Source: an uncultured Gammaproteobacteria bacterium (GTDB lineage: Bacteria > Patescibacteriota > Microgenomatia > Levybacterales > UBA12049). From it: 64,000 bases of DNA. The translations under genes were made by a program, and so were the position numbers. Location of the stretch: positions 206,146 through 270,145 of the forward strand of contig CAZFRF010000001.1 of the NCBI GenBank assembly GCA_964521295.1. Reading direction: 5' to 3'. Positions 37,618 through 47,908 of the stretch are shown in pieces. Each line of letters opens with the position of its first letter. Position 1 is the stretch's first letter. Under the pieces are notes generated by a model. The model did not search any database. It was not told the origin of the DNA and saw only the letters and a program-made list of their open reading frames with translations.

Positions 37618-38139
37618 ATGAATAGTGATCTAACAGATGAAATTTTCCAAAGTTTTACTCATGGAAATTTAAACATCAAAGAAATAATTCAAAAAATAAA
37701 AAGCTTTTTAGAAGAAGATCCTAATGCTGAATACAGCCTAGTAATAGGAACAGATTCACATGAAAAAAATGTTAGTCAACGTCAAATTGGCAGCACTATT
37801 AACTTAGTTACAGCAATACTGATTCACCGAAAAGGCTTTGGAGGAAAGTACTTTTGGCGAAGACAAGAGCAAAAAAACATACACTCTTTAAGAGAAAAAA
37901 TCTATGCTGAAACTATGGTTTCTCTAAGTTTTGCCTCAATTTTTGTACCTTTATTTAAAACAACTTTAAACGGTAAAGCTCCAAATTATAATCTTGAAAT
38001 CCATGTCGACGTTGGTGAACATGGAGAAACTAGGAATATGATTAAAGAAGTTGTTGGCATGGTTACAGGTAATGGTTATGTTGCCAAAACCAAACCCAAT
38101 GCCTATGCCGCCAGTTACGTAGCTGATAAGCACACATAA
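37618..38139 (+). CDS. RNase H-like YkuK (DUF458) protein
   Basis: VIGTDS, EIHVDVG, KPNAYAASYVADKHT. Confidence 0.88.
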   Translation: MNSDLTDEIFQSFTHGNLNIKEIIQKIKSFLEEDPNAEYSLVIGTDSHEKNVSQRQIGSTINLVTAILIHRKGFGGKYFWRRQEQKNIHSLREKIYAETMVSLSFASIFVPLFKTTLNGKAPNYNLEIHVDVGEHGETRNMIKEVVGMVTGNGYVAKTKPNAYAASYVADKHT

Positions 38140-38570
38140 TGATTAGACTAATTACCAGAAAAAAAGTAGTAAGAAGAATAAAAAAAGCCCAAAAGCTAGA
38201 ATGGGAAGATGCATCTGATGTTGAAGCAAAAATTCAGGAAGTATTACAAAGAGTTCCTATGCCGCATATTCTTCCCCAAAATATTCACGGATATAGAACG
38301 AGTGGTTCTAAATCTAGAGCTTATGCCAGAATTTGGGCAATGCCAAAAATCTTTCAAAGAGCATTAAAACTTGAACCACATTATGTAATTGAAGTTTTAT
38401 CTAAGTATTATGATAATTTGCCAGAAGACGAAAAAGCTAAAGTAATCATTCATGAACTTTTGCATATACCCAACAACTTTTCGGGAGCACTAGTTCCCCA
38501 CCAAACAAAATCTAGAAATTTACACCGGCTTGCGGATAAATTATTTGAAGTATATAAACATAATCAATGA
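38139..38570 (+). CDS. Putative HEXXH metallopeptidase
   Basis: RAYARIW, YVIEV, IIHELLHIP. Confidence 0.8.
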   Translation: MIRLITRKKVVRRIKKAQKLEWEDASDVEAKIQEVLQRVPMPHILPQNIHGYRTSGSKSRAYARIWAMPKIFQRALKLEPHYVIEVLSKYYDNLPEDEKAKVIIHELLHIPNNFSGALVPHQTKSRNLHRLADKLFEVYKHNQ

Positions 38571-39250
38571 TAGTAATAATTCACGGAACAGACATAGCTA
38601 AGTCCAGGAATTTCTATATTGAAACCCGTCAAAAAATTGCAAATCCAGTAATTTTTGAAGGTAAAAATTTAGATTACAATACATTTTTTCAAACTTTTGA
38701 AGGAGATTCCTTGTTCACCTCTGATAAAGATGTATTTGTCGAAAATTTGTTTACAAATAAAAAAAGCAATTCTACTGATTTAAAGCAAATCGTTGAGTAT
38801 ATAAATAAAAATCCCAATTTAAACCTTGTTTTTTGGGAAGATAAAGAATTAACTAAGGCGCAAGTTGCACAAATAAAAAAAGCCCAGGTTAATCTTTTTA
38901 ATTATCCGCAAATTTTATTTACATTTTTAGATAGTATTTATCCCAAAAATTCCAAGACTCTCAGTCTTTTTAAAGAACTTGAAAGACAAATGGAAACAGA
39001 ACTTATCTTTTATATGATTATTCGACAATTTAGGCTTATGTTAGGTGTTGAATTAGATTCCCAAATCGATGAAACAAGAAGAATGGCTCCTTGGCAAGAA
39101 TCCAAAATAAAATCTCAAGGATCACGTTTTAATAAAAAGGATTTAATAAATTTATATAAAAAATTAATGGATATTGATTATGAAACTAAATTTGGCTTAA
39201 GCTCTAGCTCGCTTTCTAAAAGGATTGACTTTTTCCTTATGGATTTATAA
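38567..39250 (+). CDS. holA: DNA polymerase III delta subunit-like (short)
   Basis: MIVIIHG start, PWQ..K helix and DYETKFG C-terminal pattern. Confidence 0.7.
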   Translation: MIVIIHGTDIAKSRNFYIETRQKIANPVIFEGKNLDYNTFFQTFEGDSLFTSDKDVFVENLFTNKKSNSTDLKQIVEYINKNPNLNLVFWEDKELTKAQVAQIKKAQVNLFNYPQILFTFLDSIYPKNSKTLSLFKELERQMETELIFYMIIRQFRLMLGVELDSQIDETRRMAPWQESKIKSQGSRFNKKDLINLYKKLMDIDYETKFGLSSSSLSKRIDFFLMDL

Positions 39251-39253
39251 TAT

Positions 39254-40639
39254 ATGGTAATGATAATAGAACCTTCTATTTTCAAATCTTACGACATTCG
39301 CGCAATTTACCCCACAGAGCTGGATGAAGAAGGAACAAAAAAAATAGTTCAATCTATTTTTAAAGTAATTTCCCAAAAATCTGGTAAAGATAAGCTTAAA
39401 TTAGTCTTGTCTAGAGACATGAGGGTTTCTTCTCCAAGTCTTTCCGAGGCAGCTCAACAAGCCTTGATTGATTGCGGTGTTGAGGTTTTAGATATTGGAA
39501 TTGCTTCTACTCCATCTATGTATTTTGCAGTTTATGAATTAAAAGCTGATGGAGGTATTCAAATTAGCGCTTCCCACAATCCAAAAGACTATAACGGTTT
39601 AAAAATTGTTATGAATTCAGACAATGGTCTTATTAAGATTGGCAAAACCACTGGTATGGAAGACGTTAAGACTCTAAGTCTTGATGGACAACCTTTAGTT
39701 AAGACTGAACCAGGAAGTGTAACTGAAGTTTCTGACATTGTTTCTAAAGAAGTTGAAAACTCATTAAAAATTGCAGGCAATCCTGAAGTTAAGGAATATA
39801 AAATAGTTGCTGATGCTGCAAATTCCATGGGAGCAGTTTATTTAAATGAACTTTTCAAAGTTATCCCAGGAAACTTAATCCGCATGAATTTTGAATTAGA
39901 TGGAACTTTCCCAGCTCACCAAGCTGATCCACTTGATTTTAAAAACCTTGAAGACTTACAAGCAAAACTTTTGGAAGAAAAAGCTGATATTGGTTTTGCT
40001 CCAGATGGAGATGGAGATAGATTTTTCTTTGTTGATGAGAAAGGTCAAATCGTTCCCCCATCGATCATTACTTCTTTAGTAGCCAGAGAGCTTTTGAAAA
40101 CAAACCCAGGCGCAACAATTCTTTTCGACGTTAGATACGTCTTAAACCCAATTAAAATTATTGAAGAAAATGGTGGAAAGTATGACATTACTAAAGTCGG
40201 ACATGCTTTTATTACCGAAAAAATGCATGAAACAGGTGCAATTTTCGCAGGTGAATCTTCGAGTCATTTCTTTTATAAATTAGCAGGAAATGGCGAAGCT
40301 CCCATGCCAGTTATCTTAACTGTCTTAGGTGTTATGACCAGAGAGAATAAAAAATTGTCTGAAATAGTTGAGGAACTTAGGAGAAGTTTTGAATCCGGTG
40401 AATTTAATTTTAAAGTCTCAAACTCTAAAGAAATTTTAGAAAAATTAAAAGAAAAATATGCAGATGGTGATTTAAATGATATGGATGGAATTGCAATCAC
40501 CTATCCTGATTTTAGATTTAGCGTTAGAACCTCAAATACAGAACCATTACTTAGATTAAATGTTGAATCTTTAGACAAAGACAAAACACAGGCTAAATTT
40601 GCTGAACTTAAAGACTTTATTAACTCACTAGCTAAATGA
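39254..40639 (+). CDS. Phosphomannomutase/phosphoglucomutase
   Basis: FKSYDIRA, SASHNP, DGDGDR, GESSSH, RTSNTEP. Confidence 0.95.
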   Translation: MVMIIEPSIFKSYDIRAIYPTELDEEGTKKIVQSIFKVISQKSGKDKLKLVLSRDMRVSSPSLSEAAQQALIDCGVEVLDIGIASTPSMYFAVYELKADGGIQISASHNPKDYNGLKIVMNSDNGLIKIGKTTGMEDVKTLSLDGQPLVKTEPGSVTEVSDIVSKEVENSLKIAGNPEVKEYKIVADAANSMGAVYLNELFKVIPGNLIRMNFELDGTFPAHQADPLDFKNLEDLQAKLLEEKADIGFAPDGDGDRFFFVDEKGQIVPPSIITSLVARELLKTNPGATILFDVRYVLNPIKIIEENGGKYDITKVGHAFITEKMHETGAIFAGESSSHFFYKLAGNGEAPMPVILTVLGVMTRENKKLSEIVEELRRSFESGEFNFKVSNSKEILEKLKEKYADGDLNDMDGIAITYPDFRFSVRTSNTEPLLRLNVESLDKDKTQAKFAELKDFINSLAK

Positions 40640-41679
40640 TTGACTTAAATAACCCATTATCTTTTAAAAATTTAGATCCTAAGGATGTTTATGGATCAAC
40701 TGGGCTTTTGGCTGATCAGTGTGAACAAATTTGGGAAGATGCTAAATTATTAACTTTCCCTGATAACTATACTGGTTTTGACAATATAATATTATGCGGA
40801 ATGGGTGGATCTGCCTACAGCAGCTATATAATCCAATCATTATTTAAAGACAAATTAACTGTTCCCTTAATTTATAACAATGACTATGACTTACCTGCAT
40901 TTGCAGATGAAAAAACTTTAATAATTCTTTCAAGTTATTCTGGAACCACTGAAGAATCTCTTGCATGCGCCAATGAGGCAATTGCTAAAAACTTAAAAGT
41001 AACTGCTATAACCAACGGTGGACCACTTTCACAAACACTTAAAACTAATAATATGCCAGCATTAATTTTTGATCCTAAAAATAATCCTTCGGGTCAACCT
41101 AGACTTGGGACTGGTTACATGATTTTAGGCACAATTATTTTACTTACTAAACTTGGAATTTTAAATGTAACTGAAGACGAAGTTAAAGCAGCCATTTCAG
41201 AACTCAGAGCAAATCAAGAAAATATAAAAAAAGCCGCAATTGACCTTGCTCCCCAACTTAAAGATTTCTTCCCTTTAATTATGTGTAGCGGATTCTTACA
41301 TGGCAATGCGCACGTTTTAAGAAATCAATTTAACGAAACATCTAAATCTTTTGCTGCATTTGAAGACATTCCTGAATTAAATCATCATTTAATGGAAGGT
41401 TTTAAATATCCTGGAGGGTTAAAAATGAAAACATTATTTTTAGATTCAGATTTGTATGACCCAAAACATTTAAAAAGAATTCAGCTAACTGAAGATGTTG
41501 TTACTAAAAACAATATTCAAAGTGTCCATTTTAAGGCTTTAGGATCAACTAAATTGTCGCAAATGTTTGCTGTTTTAGCTTTTGGTGGATTTGTAACTTT
41601 TTACTTAGGAATTTTATATGGTGAAGATCCAAGCTTAATCCCCTGGGTTGACTACTTTAAGGAACAGCTTAAGAAATAA
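40636..41679 (+). CDS. Bifunctional phosphoglucose/phosphomannose isomerase (SIS)
   Basis: GMGGS, SYSGTTEE, QPR, QFNETSK, PELNHH. Confidence 0.9.
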   Translation: MIDLNNPLSFKNLDPKDVYGSTGLLADQCEQIWEDAKLLTFPDNYTGFDNIILCGMGGSAYSSYIIQSLFKDKLTVPLIYNNDYDLPAFADEKTLIILSSYSGTTEESLACANEAIAKNLKVTAITNGGPLSQTLKTNNMPALIFDPKNNPSGQPRLGTGYMILGTIILLTKLGILNVTEDEVKAAISELRANQENIKKAAIDLAPQLKDFFPLIMCSGFLHGNAHVLRNQFNETSKSFAAFEDIPELNHHLMEGFKYPGGLKMKTLFLDSDLYDPKHLKRIQLTEDVVTKNNIQSVHFKALGSTKLSQMFAVLAFGGFVTFYLGILYGEDPSLIPWVDYFKEQLKK

Positions 41680-41720
41680 CTCACTTGTAAAAAAGTGGTA
41701 TTATATACATAATTAATTAT

Positions 41721-43979
41721 ATGGCTGCCCGATCCCATTTTATAGCCTGGTTTAGAGAAGTTAACAAGCACGATGTTCCCCTAGTCGGTGGAAAAGGAGC
41801 AAATTTAGGAGAAATCTACAATGCTGGTATTCCAGTCCCCAACGGATTTGTTGTTACAGCTAATGCCTATTATCATTTTATTCGAGAGAATTCTTTAGCA
41901 ACTAAAATTCAACATTTAATTTCAACCGCTGATTTTAATAATCCCAAGTCTTTAGACCAAGTTTCAAAACATATTAAAAAACTAATTTTGGAAGGGAAAA
42001 TTTCTGATGAATTGACCCATGAATTAGCTGGTGCATATGGAAAACTCGGTACATTACTAAATGAAGCATTGGTTGCAGTTAGATCTTCAGCAACCGCAGA
42101 AGACCTTGCAAACGCCTCATTTGCTGGACAACAAGAAACATTTCTAAACGTTAAGGGTGATGCAGTGCTTTTGGAAAAAATTAAAGAAGGCTGGGCATCA
42201 CTTTTTAATGCGAGAGCTATATTTTATCGACACCAACAAAAATTCGATCATGTAAAAACAGGAATTGCTCTGGTTGTACAGAAAATGGTTGAATCTGATA
42301 AATCTGGAATCATGTTTACAATTGACCCTGTAAATAATGATAAAGAAACAGTAGTCATTGAGGCTATTTTCGGTTTGGGAGAATTAATCGTTCAAGGAGA
42401 AGTAAATCCTGACCACTATGAAGTCAGAAAAAATGATTTAACAATTTTAAAAAAAGAAGCTAATTATCAAGCGTATTCGATGGTTAAGAAAGGAATAAAT
42501 AATAAGAATATTAAACTTGATAAGAATAAAGGATCAAAACTTAAACTCTCTGATAAGGAAATTAAAGAGTTAGCGACTTTGGGTAAAAAATTGGAAAAAC
42601 ATTATTACTTTCCTCAAGATATTGAATGGGCAGTTGAAAAAAATAAAGTCTATATTGTGCAAACCAGAGCTGTAACCACTACTAACACCCAAGCTAAAAA
42701 GACTACAGTAGATACCCAAAGCTTAGAACTTCTTCTAAAAGGTGATCCGGCAAGTCCAGGTATCGGCAATGGACCGGTAAGAATTATTAAATCTGCTAAA
42801 GAAATTGACAAAATTCTTCCCGGAGACGTTTTAGTAGCGCCACAGACTAATCCTGATTATGTTTCTGCAATGAAAAAAGCCAGCGCAATTGTAACTGATA
42901 GTGGTGGTAGAACTTCCCACGCTGCAATTGTCTCAAGAGAGCTGGGTATTCCTGCAGTAGTTGGTACAGAGCACGCTACGACTAAATTAACTAACAATGA
43001 GGTTATTTCAGTTGATGGAAGTAAAGGTGAAATATATAAAGGAGGGATAATTAAAGACATTTCTCCTAAGGTTTTAGAATTTGAAAATATAAAAACGGCG
43101 ACAAAAGTTTACGTAAATTTAGCTGAACCTGAAGCTGCTGATCGTGTAGGAAAATTAAACGTTGATGGAATCGGACTTTTAAGAGCTGAATTTATTATGG
43201 CCAATATTGGAGTTCATCCTAAAAAAATGATTCACGATGGCAAACGCCAAGAATATATTAATAAATTAGCTGAAAATCTTGCTAAATTCTGTACAGCATT
43301 TAATGGAAAACCAGTTGTCTACAGAGCGTCTGATTTTAAAACTAACGAATACAGAAACCTAATTGGTGGCAAAGACTATGAACCACTTGAATCAAATCCT
43401 ATGCTCGGCTACAGGGGCGCATTTAGGTATATGCATGATCCCGAAGTTTTTAAACTTGAACTTGAAGCGATTAAAAAAGTCAGAAACGAAATGGGGCTTA
43501 AAAATCTGTGGATAATGGTTCCCTTTGTTCGTACAGTTGAAGAGCTTGAAAAAGTCAAAAGCATAATTACGAATGCCGGACTTATCAGATCTGAAACCTT
43601 TAAAATTTGGATGATGGTTGAAATCCCTACGAATGTAATTTTACTTGATAAATTTATAAAAGTGGGAATTGATGGCGTGTCTATTGGCTCAAATGACTTA
43701 ACGATGCTTATGATGGGAACTGACAGAGATAATCATGAAGTAGCAAGTGAATTTAATGAAATGTATCCATCGATGATGTGGGCTTTTGAACACGTTGTTA
43801 AAACAGCTCATAAATATGGGATTACTTCTTCTTTGTGTGGTCAAGCTGCCTCAACATACACCGAACTTATTAAAAACATGGTCTTCTGGGGCGTAACTAG
43901 CCTATCTGTTTCTCCAGACGCGGTAGACAATACCAGACGCCACATTTTACAATTTGAAAAGGAGCTTTTGAGAAAATAA
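41721..43979 (+). CDS. ppsA: Phosphoenolpyruvate synthase
   Basis: VGGKGANLGE, RSSATAED, GGRTSHAAIVSRELG, SIGSNDL. Confidence 0.96.
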   Translation: MAARSHFIAWFREVNKHDVPLVGGKGANLGEIYNAGIPVPNGFVVTANAYYHFIRENSLATKIQHLISTADFNNPKSLDQVSKHIKKLILEGKISDELTHELAGAYGKLGTLLNEALVAVRSSATAEDLANASFAGQQETFLNVKGDAVLLEKIKEGWASLFNARAIFYRHQQKFDHVKTGIALVVQKMVESDKSGIMFTIDPVNNDKETVVIEAIFGLGELIVQGEVNPDHYEVRKNDLTILKKEANYQAYSMVKKGINNKNIKLDKNKGSKLKLSDKEIKELATLGKKLEKHYYFPQDIEWAVEKNKVYIVQTRAVTTTNTQAKKTTVDTQSLELLLKGDPASPGIGNGPVRIIKSAKEIDKILPGDVLVAPQTNPDYVSAMKKASAIVTDSGGRTSHAAIVSRELGIPAVVGTEHATTKLTNNEVISVDGSKGEIYKGGIIKDISPKVLEFENIKTATKVYVNLAEPEAADRVGKLNVDGIGLLRAEFIMANIGVHPKKMIHDGKRQEYINKLAENLAKFCTAFNGKPVVYRASDFKTNEYRNLIGGKDYEPLESNPMLGYRGAFRYMHDPEVFKLELEAIKKVRNEMGLKNLWIMVPFVRTVEELEKVKSIITNAGLIRSETFKIWMMVEIPTNVILLDKFIKVGIDGVSIGSNDLTMLMMGTDRDNHEVASEFNEMYPSMMWAFEHVVKTAHKYGITSSLCGQAASTYTELIKNMVFWGVTSLSVSPDAVDNTRRHILQFEKELLRK

Positions 43980-43980
43980 T

Positions 43981-45243
43981 ATGGCTAGAATTAAACAAAT
44001 CCTTGCACGAGAAATACTAAATGCAAAAGGTGAGCCAACCATTGAAACAACTGTTATTCTAAGTGATGGCGCTACTGGCATCGCTTCTTGTCCAAGTGGT
44101 ACGTCTGTAGGCAAGTATGAAGCACTAGAGCTTAAAGACAATGACCCTAAACGATATCAGGGCTTAGGAGTTTTGAATGCAATTGAAAATATCAACAAAC
44201 TCTTATCCCCTCTTTTAGTTGGCATGGAAGCTTCAAATCAACAAATAATTGATAAGAAAATAATTGAGCTCGATGGCACATTAAATAAGTCAAAGCTAGG
44301 ATCTAATGCCACACTTTCTCTTTCAATGGCAATCGCTAAAGCTAGTGCCAGATCTGCAGTTCTTCCGCTTTTTCTTTATCTTCGTGAATACGTCAAAAAG
44401 GATGAAGTTAATGCTCACCGAATTCCTACACCTTGCTTTAACATCCTTAATGGTGGAAAGCATGGTGGAGGCAATGTTGATTTTCAGGAATTCTTAGTTA
44501 TACCTGCATCATCAAAATCATATAGCGATGCACTGCTTTATGGAAATAATACTTATTTTTCCTTGAAAAAAGTATTAGAACAAAATAATTTATCAAGTCT
44601 TATTGGGATCGAAGGCGGATTTTCTCCTAAGCTTGGTAACAATATTGACGCTTTAACCTTAATCAAACAAGCTATTGAAGCAGCAAATTTAAGAATTGGC
44701 TTTGATATGTTTATTGGTTTAGATGCAGCGGCAAATAATATCTACGATGACGGAAAATATCAAATTAAAGACAAATCAACCAGCCTAACAGCCAAAGATT
44801 TGATTGACATTTATAGTAATATTAATGATCAATTTCATCTTCTTTATCTTGAAGATGGATTAGAGGAAGATGACTGGCCTGGATGGCAAGAGCTTTATGC
44901 AAGAATGTCAACCCAAACTATGATTGTAGGAGATGATTTAACAGCAACTAATCCATTTAGGCTTTCAGAAGCAATGCAAAAAAGAGCGGTGAGCGCAATT
45001 ATCATTAAACCAAATCAAATTGGAACTGTAATCGAAGCCCTTGCTGTATCAGAAATGGCTAAAGAAGCTGGGCTTAAAATAATCGTATCTCATAGAAGCG
45101 GTGAGACAAATGATGATTTTATAGCTGATTTTGCAGTTGCAGTTAGCGCAGACTATGTTAAATTTGGAGCGCCTGTTAGAGGTGAGAGAGTCGCTAAATA
45201 TAATAGATTACTTGCCATTGAAAGCCAGTTAAAATCACTTTAA
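43981..45243 (+). CDS. eno: Enolase
   Basis: LNGGKH, QEF, VGDDL, IKPNQIG, SHRSGET. Confidence 0.96.
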   Translation: MARIKQILAREILNAKGEPTIETTVILSDGATGIASCPSGTSVGKYEALELKDNDPKRYQGLGVLNAIENINKLLSPLLVGMEASNQQIIDKKIIELDGTLNKSKLGSNATLSLSMAIAKASARSAVLPLFLYLREYVKKDEVNAHRIPTPCFNILNGGKHGGGNVDFQEFLVIPASSKSYSDALLYGNNTYFSLKKVLEQNNLSSLIGIEGGFSPKLGNNIDALTLIKQAIEAANLRIGFDMFIGLDAAANNIYDDGKYQIKDKSTSLTAKDLIDIYSNINDQFHLLYLEDGLEEDDWPGWQELYARMSTQTMIVGDDLTATNPFRLSEAMQKRAVSAIIIKPNQIGTVIEALAVSEMAKEAGLKIIVSHRSGETNDDFIADFAVAVSADYVKFGAPVRGERVAKYNRLLAIESQLKSL

Positions 45244-45933
45244 ATTAAAAAGTAGTGTTATTTCCCCTTTTAATTTTTTAGTTTCGATTCGAGTAATTAA
45301 TTCACTAATTTTAGATTTGGTAACTTCTTCATGAATCTTAGTTAATTCTCGAGCTAAAATTATTTCAATATCACCAAAAATACTTTGAATATCCTTAAGA
45401 GAGGTTAAAATTTTATAAGGAGATTCAAATATTATTACTGTTGTAGACACTAGTTTTTGACTTTCAAATAAATTTTTTAAAAATGTTATTCTATGTCCTG
45501 GTTTTTGGGGTAAAAATCCTACAAATATAAATTTATCTGTAGGAAGTCCTGAGGAGACTAAGGCAGAAATTACTGATGAAGGCCCTGGAATAGATACCAC
45601 TTTTACACCTTCTTTTAAAGCTTCCCTAATAAGCTTAAATCCTGGATCAGATACTGTTGGTGTGCCAGCATCTGAAATTAAAGCAACGGATTTATCGTTC
45701 TTCAAAAGATTTAAAACCTTATCTATTTTAAACATTTCATTTTGTTCAAAATAAGAAAACAGTTTATCGATTATTGATTTAGGATCATTTTCGAAATAGT
45801 GCCTAATTAAAGTCGCTGCAACACGAGTATCCTCACAAGCAATAAAATCCGCATCTCTTAAGGTATTAAGAGCTCGCAAAGTTATATCTTCTAAATTGCC
45901 GATAGGCGTTGCGACTACATATAATATTCCCAT
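45235..45933 (-). CDS. rsmI: 16S rRNA C1402 2'-O-methyltransferase
   Basis: LYVVATPIGNLEDITLRA, SDAGTPTVSDPG, RELTKIHEE. Confidence 0.95.
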   Translation of the reverse strand: MGILYVVATPIGNLEDITLRALNTLRDADFIACEDTRVAATLIRHYFENDPKSIIDKLFSYFEQNEMFKIDKVLNLLKNDKSVALISDAGTPTVSDPGFKLIREALKEGVKVVSIPGPSSVISALVSSGLPTDKFIFVGFLPQKPGHRITFLKNLFESQKLVSTTVIIFESPYKILTSLKDIQSIFGDIEIILARELTKIHEEVTKSKISELITRIETKKLKGEITLLFNLK

Positions 45934-45982
45934 ATTGATGTAGATTATACCAAAGTGCTATTTTTTCTGTTATAATTTTCTA

Positions 45983-46684
45983 ATGGAATTATTGCAAGTA
46001 CTTATTCACTTTGACAGTGCTCTTCAATCAATCATTGCTCTTTTTGGCCCAACTACTTACATCATCTTATTTTTAATTGTTTTTGCTGAAACAGGTTTAG
46101 TAGTTACACCCTTTTTACCTGGAGATTCATTAATTTTTGCAGTTGGAGCGTTAGCTGGAAGAGAATATCTCAATATATTCATCTCCTATGGAGTATTACT
46201 CGCAGCAGCAATATTAGGCGATACAGTTAATTATTGGATTGGCTATCACCTAGGTGGAAAAGTATTTGCAAAGAAAAACTCCCGAATTTTTAAACCTGAA
46301 TACTTAGAGAAAACTAGTGAATTTTACGCAAAACATGGTGGTAAAACCATAATCCTTGCTAGATTTGTTCCAGTTGTTAGAACCTTTGCCCCTTTTGTTG
46401 CGGGAGTAGGCAAAATGCACTATAGAACCTTTATTTCCTACAATATTATCGGTGGTTTTGTATGGGTAACCGCTCTACTGTTTGCAGGTTACTTCTTTGG
46501 TCAAATGGAATTTGTAAAAAAGAATTTTGAATATGTAGTCATTGGCATAGTCGCAATATCTGTTTTACCTATGATCTACGAGTTTGCCAAGCATAAACTA
46601 TCTAAAGAAGAGAAAAAAGTTAAAGATGAAACCTCATATGATGAAATTCAAAAAATGTTTAAAAAAGAACATCTTAACGATTAA
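45983..46684 (+). CDS. DedA-family membrane protein
   Basis: FAETGLVVTPFLPGDSL, ARFVPVVRTFAPF. Confidence 0.95.
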   Translation: MELLQVLIHFDSALQSIIALFGPTTYIILFLIVFAETGLVVTPFLPGDSLIFAVGALAGREYLNIFISYGVLLAAAILGDTVNYWIGYHLGGKVFAKKNSRIFKPEYLEKTSEFYAKHGGKTIILARFVPVVRTFAPFVAGVGKMHYRTFISYNIIGGFVWVTALLFAGYFFGQMEFVKKNFEYVVIGIVAISVLPMIYEFAKHKLSKEEKKVKDETSYDEIQKMFKKEHLND

Positions 46685-46696
46685 TGCTTCGGGGAA

Positions 46697-47323
46697 TTAA
46701 AATTTTCTAACTAAACCTACCACCTTACCCTGAATAGTTAACTTTGTAGGATAAATAGGAGACATTTCTGAATTTGCAGGTTTTAAAACTACTCTACCAT
46801 TCTCTTTATAGAACTTTTTAAGAGTTGCCAAATTATCGTCAACCATTGCGACAACAATTTCTCCATTTGTTGCTTCAGAAACTTTTTCAATTACAACAAA
46901 ATCTCCATCTAATATTCCATCTTCTATCATTGACCTTCCTTTGACCTGTAAGACATACGCAGTATTCTTTCCCGACAAAAGACTAGCAGAAACATAAAAA
47001 GTTGCATTGGGATCAGTATGCGGCTCCAGCGGTTGTCCTGCAGCGATAAATCCCATAAGTGGTAATTCAATTGCTGGCTTACTTCCCAAAAGCGACATCT
47101 GTACCTTATCGTCTACAATTTTTAAGACCCGAGTATTACCATCTACTTTTTGCACATAACCTTTTTCAACTAACGATCTAATAAGAGTGTGTACTGTAGA
47201 ATTTGATCTGTGTCCTGTACCTTGAGCAATTTCTGTTAAAGTTGGGGAATAGCCGTATTGACGCTGAAACTGAGCTAAAAATTCTAAAACTTCTCTTTCT
47301 TTTTTATATAGAACTCCGGGCAT
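46697..47323 (-). CDS. lexA: LexA repressor
   Basis: wHTH (YSPTLTEI), IAAG cleavage site, GRSM serine, TLKK lysine. Confidence 0.95.
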   Translation of the reverse strand: MPGVLYKKEREVLEFLAQFQRQYGYSPTLTEIAQGTGHRSNSTVHTLIRSLVEKGYVQKVDGNTRVLKIVDDKVQMSLLGSKPAIELPLMGFIAAGQPLEPHTDPNATFYVSASLLSGKNTAYVLQVKGRSMIEDGILDGDFVVIEKVSEATNGEIVVAMVDDNLATLKKFYKENGRVVLKPANSEMSPIYPTKLTIQGKVVGLVRKF

Positions 47324-47438
47324 ATGTATATTTTATACGAAAAATAATGAAACATTGTCAAGAACTCAAAGCAACACAAACTAGATCAATATTTTTATAA
47401 ATTTGCATTTTTAAATTTATACTATATAATTCAATACT

Positions 47439-47879
47439 ATGAGATCAAATGAGAGATTTACTCAACTTGCTGGTAGAATCACTTTATTCGTAGCAGCCGC
47501 AGGAGTTGGTAGCGTTATAAACGAAGTTACGCCTAGAGACAATCAGGTCAATGACATTCAGCTAGTTGAATGTCAATCAGGCGGTGGTCTACAAAGAAAT
47601 ACCTTAAGAATTGACACCTTAAACAACAGAGCACAACCTATTCATGTTGGTGGTCAAATTTCTTTTTATGGAACACATAGAGGGTCACTAGATATCTTAC
47701 CTGATCAAAAGGGTGGATTATCACTTGAAATTCCAGAATCTCAATCTATAGAAAGGATCAAAGAAGTAAATAAAGAAACGATCGTATTTCATTCAAGAGG
47801 CGTTGCTTACGAAATTACATCAGTCCCAACTAACTCATTTAGCACATCTTTACAAATTACTGCTTCCTGCGAAAATTAA
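47439..47879 (+). CDS. Hypothetical exported protein
   Basis: N-terminal hydrophobic segment, two Cys; TATAAT 8 nt upstream. Confidence 0.6.
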   Translation: MRSNERFTQLAGRITLFVAAAGVGSVINEVTPRDNQVNDIQLVECQSGGGLQRNTLRIDTLNNRAQPIHVGGQISFYGTHRGSLDILPDQKGGLSLEIPESQSIERIKEVNKETIVFHSRGVAYEITSVPTNSFSTSLQITASCEN

Positions 47880-47908
47880 TTTTCCCTTTTTTGTGGTAAA
47901 ATCTCTTC

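Noticed and set aside
47324-47438. LexA (SOS) box upstream of lexA, uvrA, uvrB, polX
   Set aside because: No shared palindrome could be identified by eye
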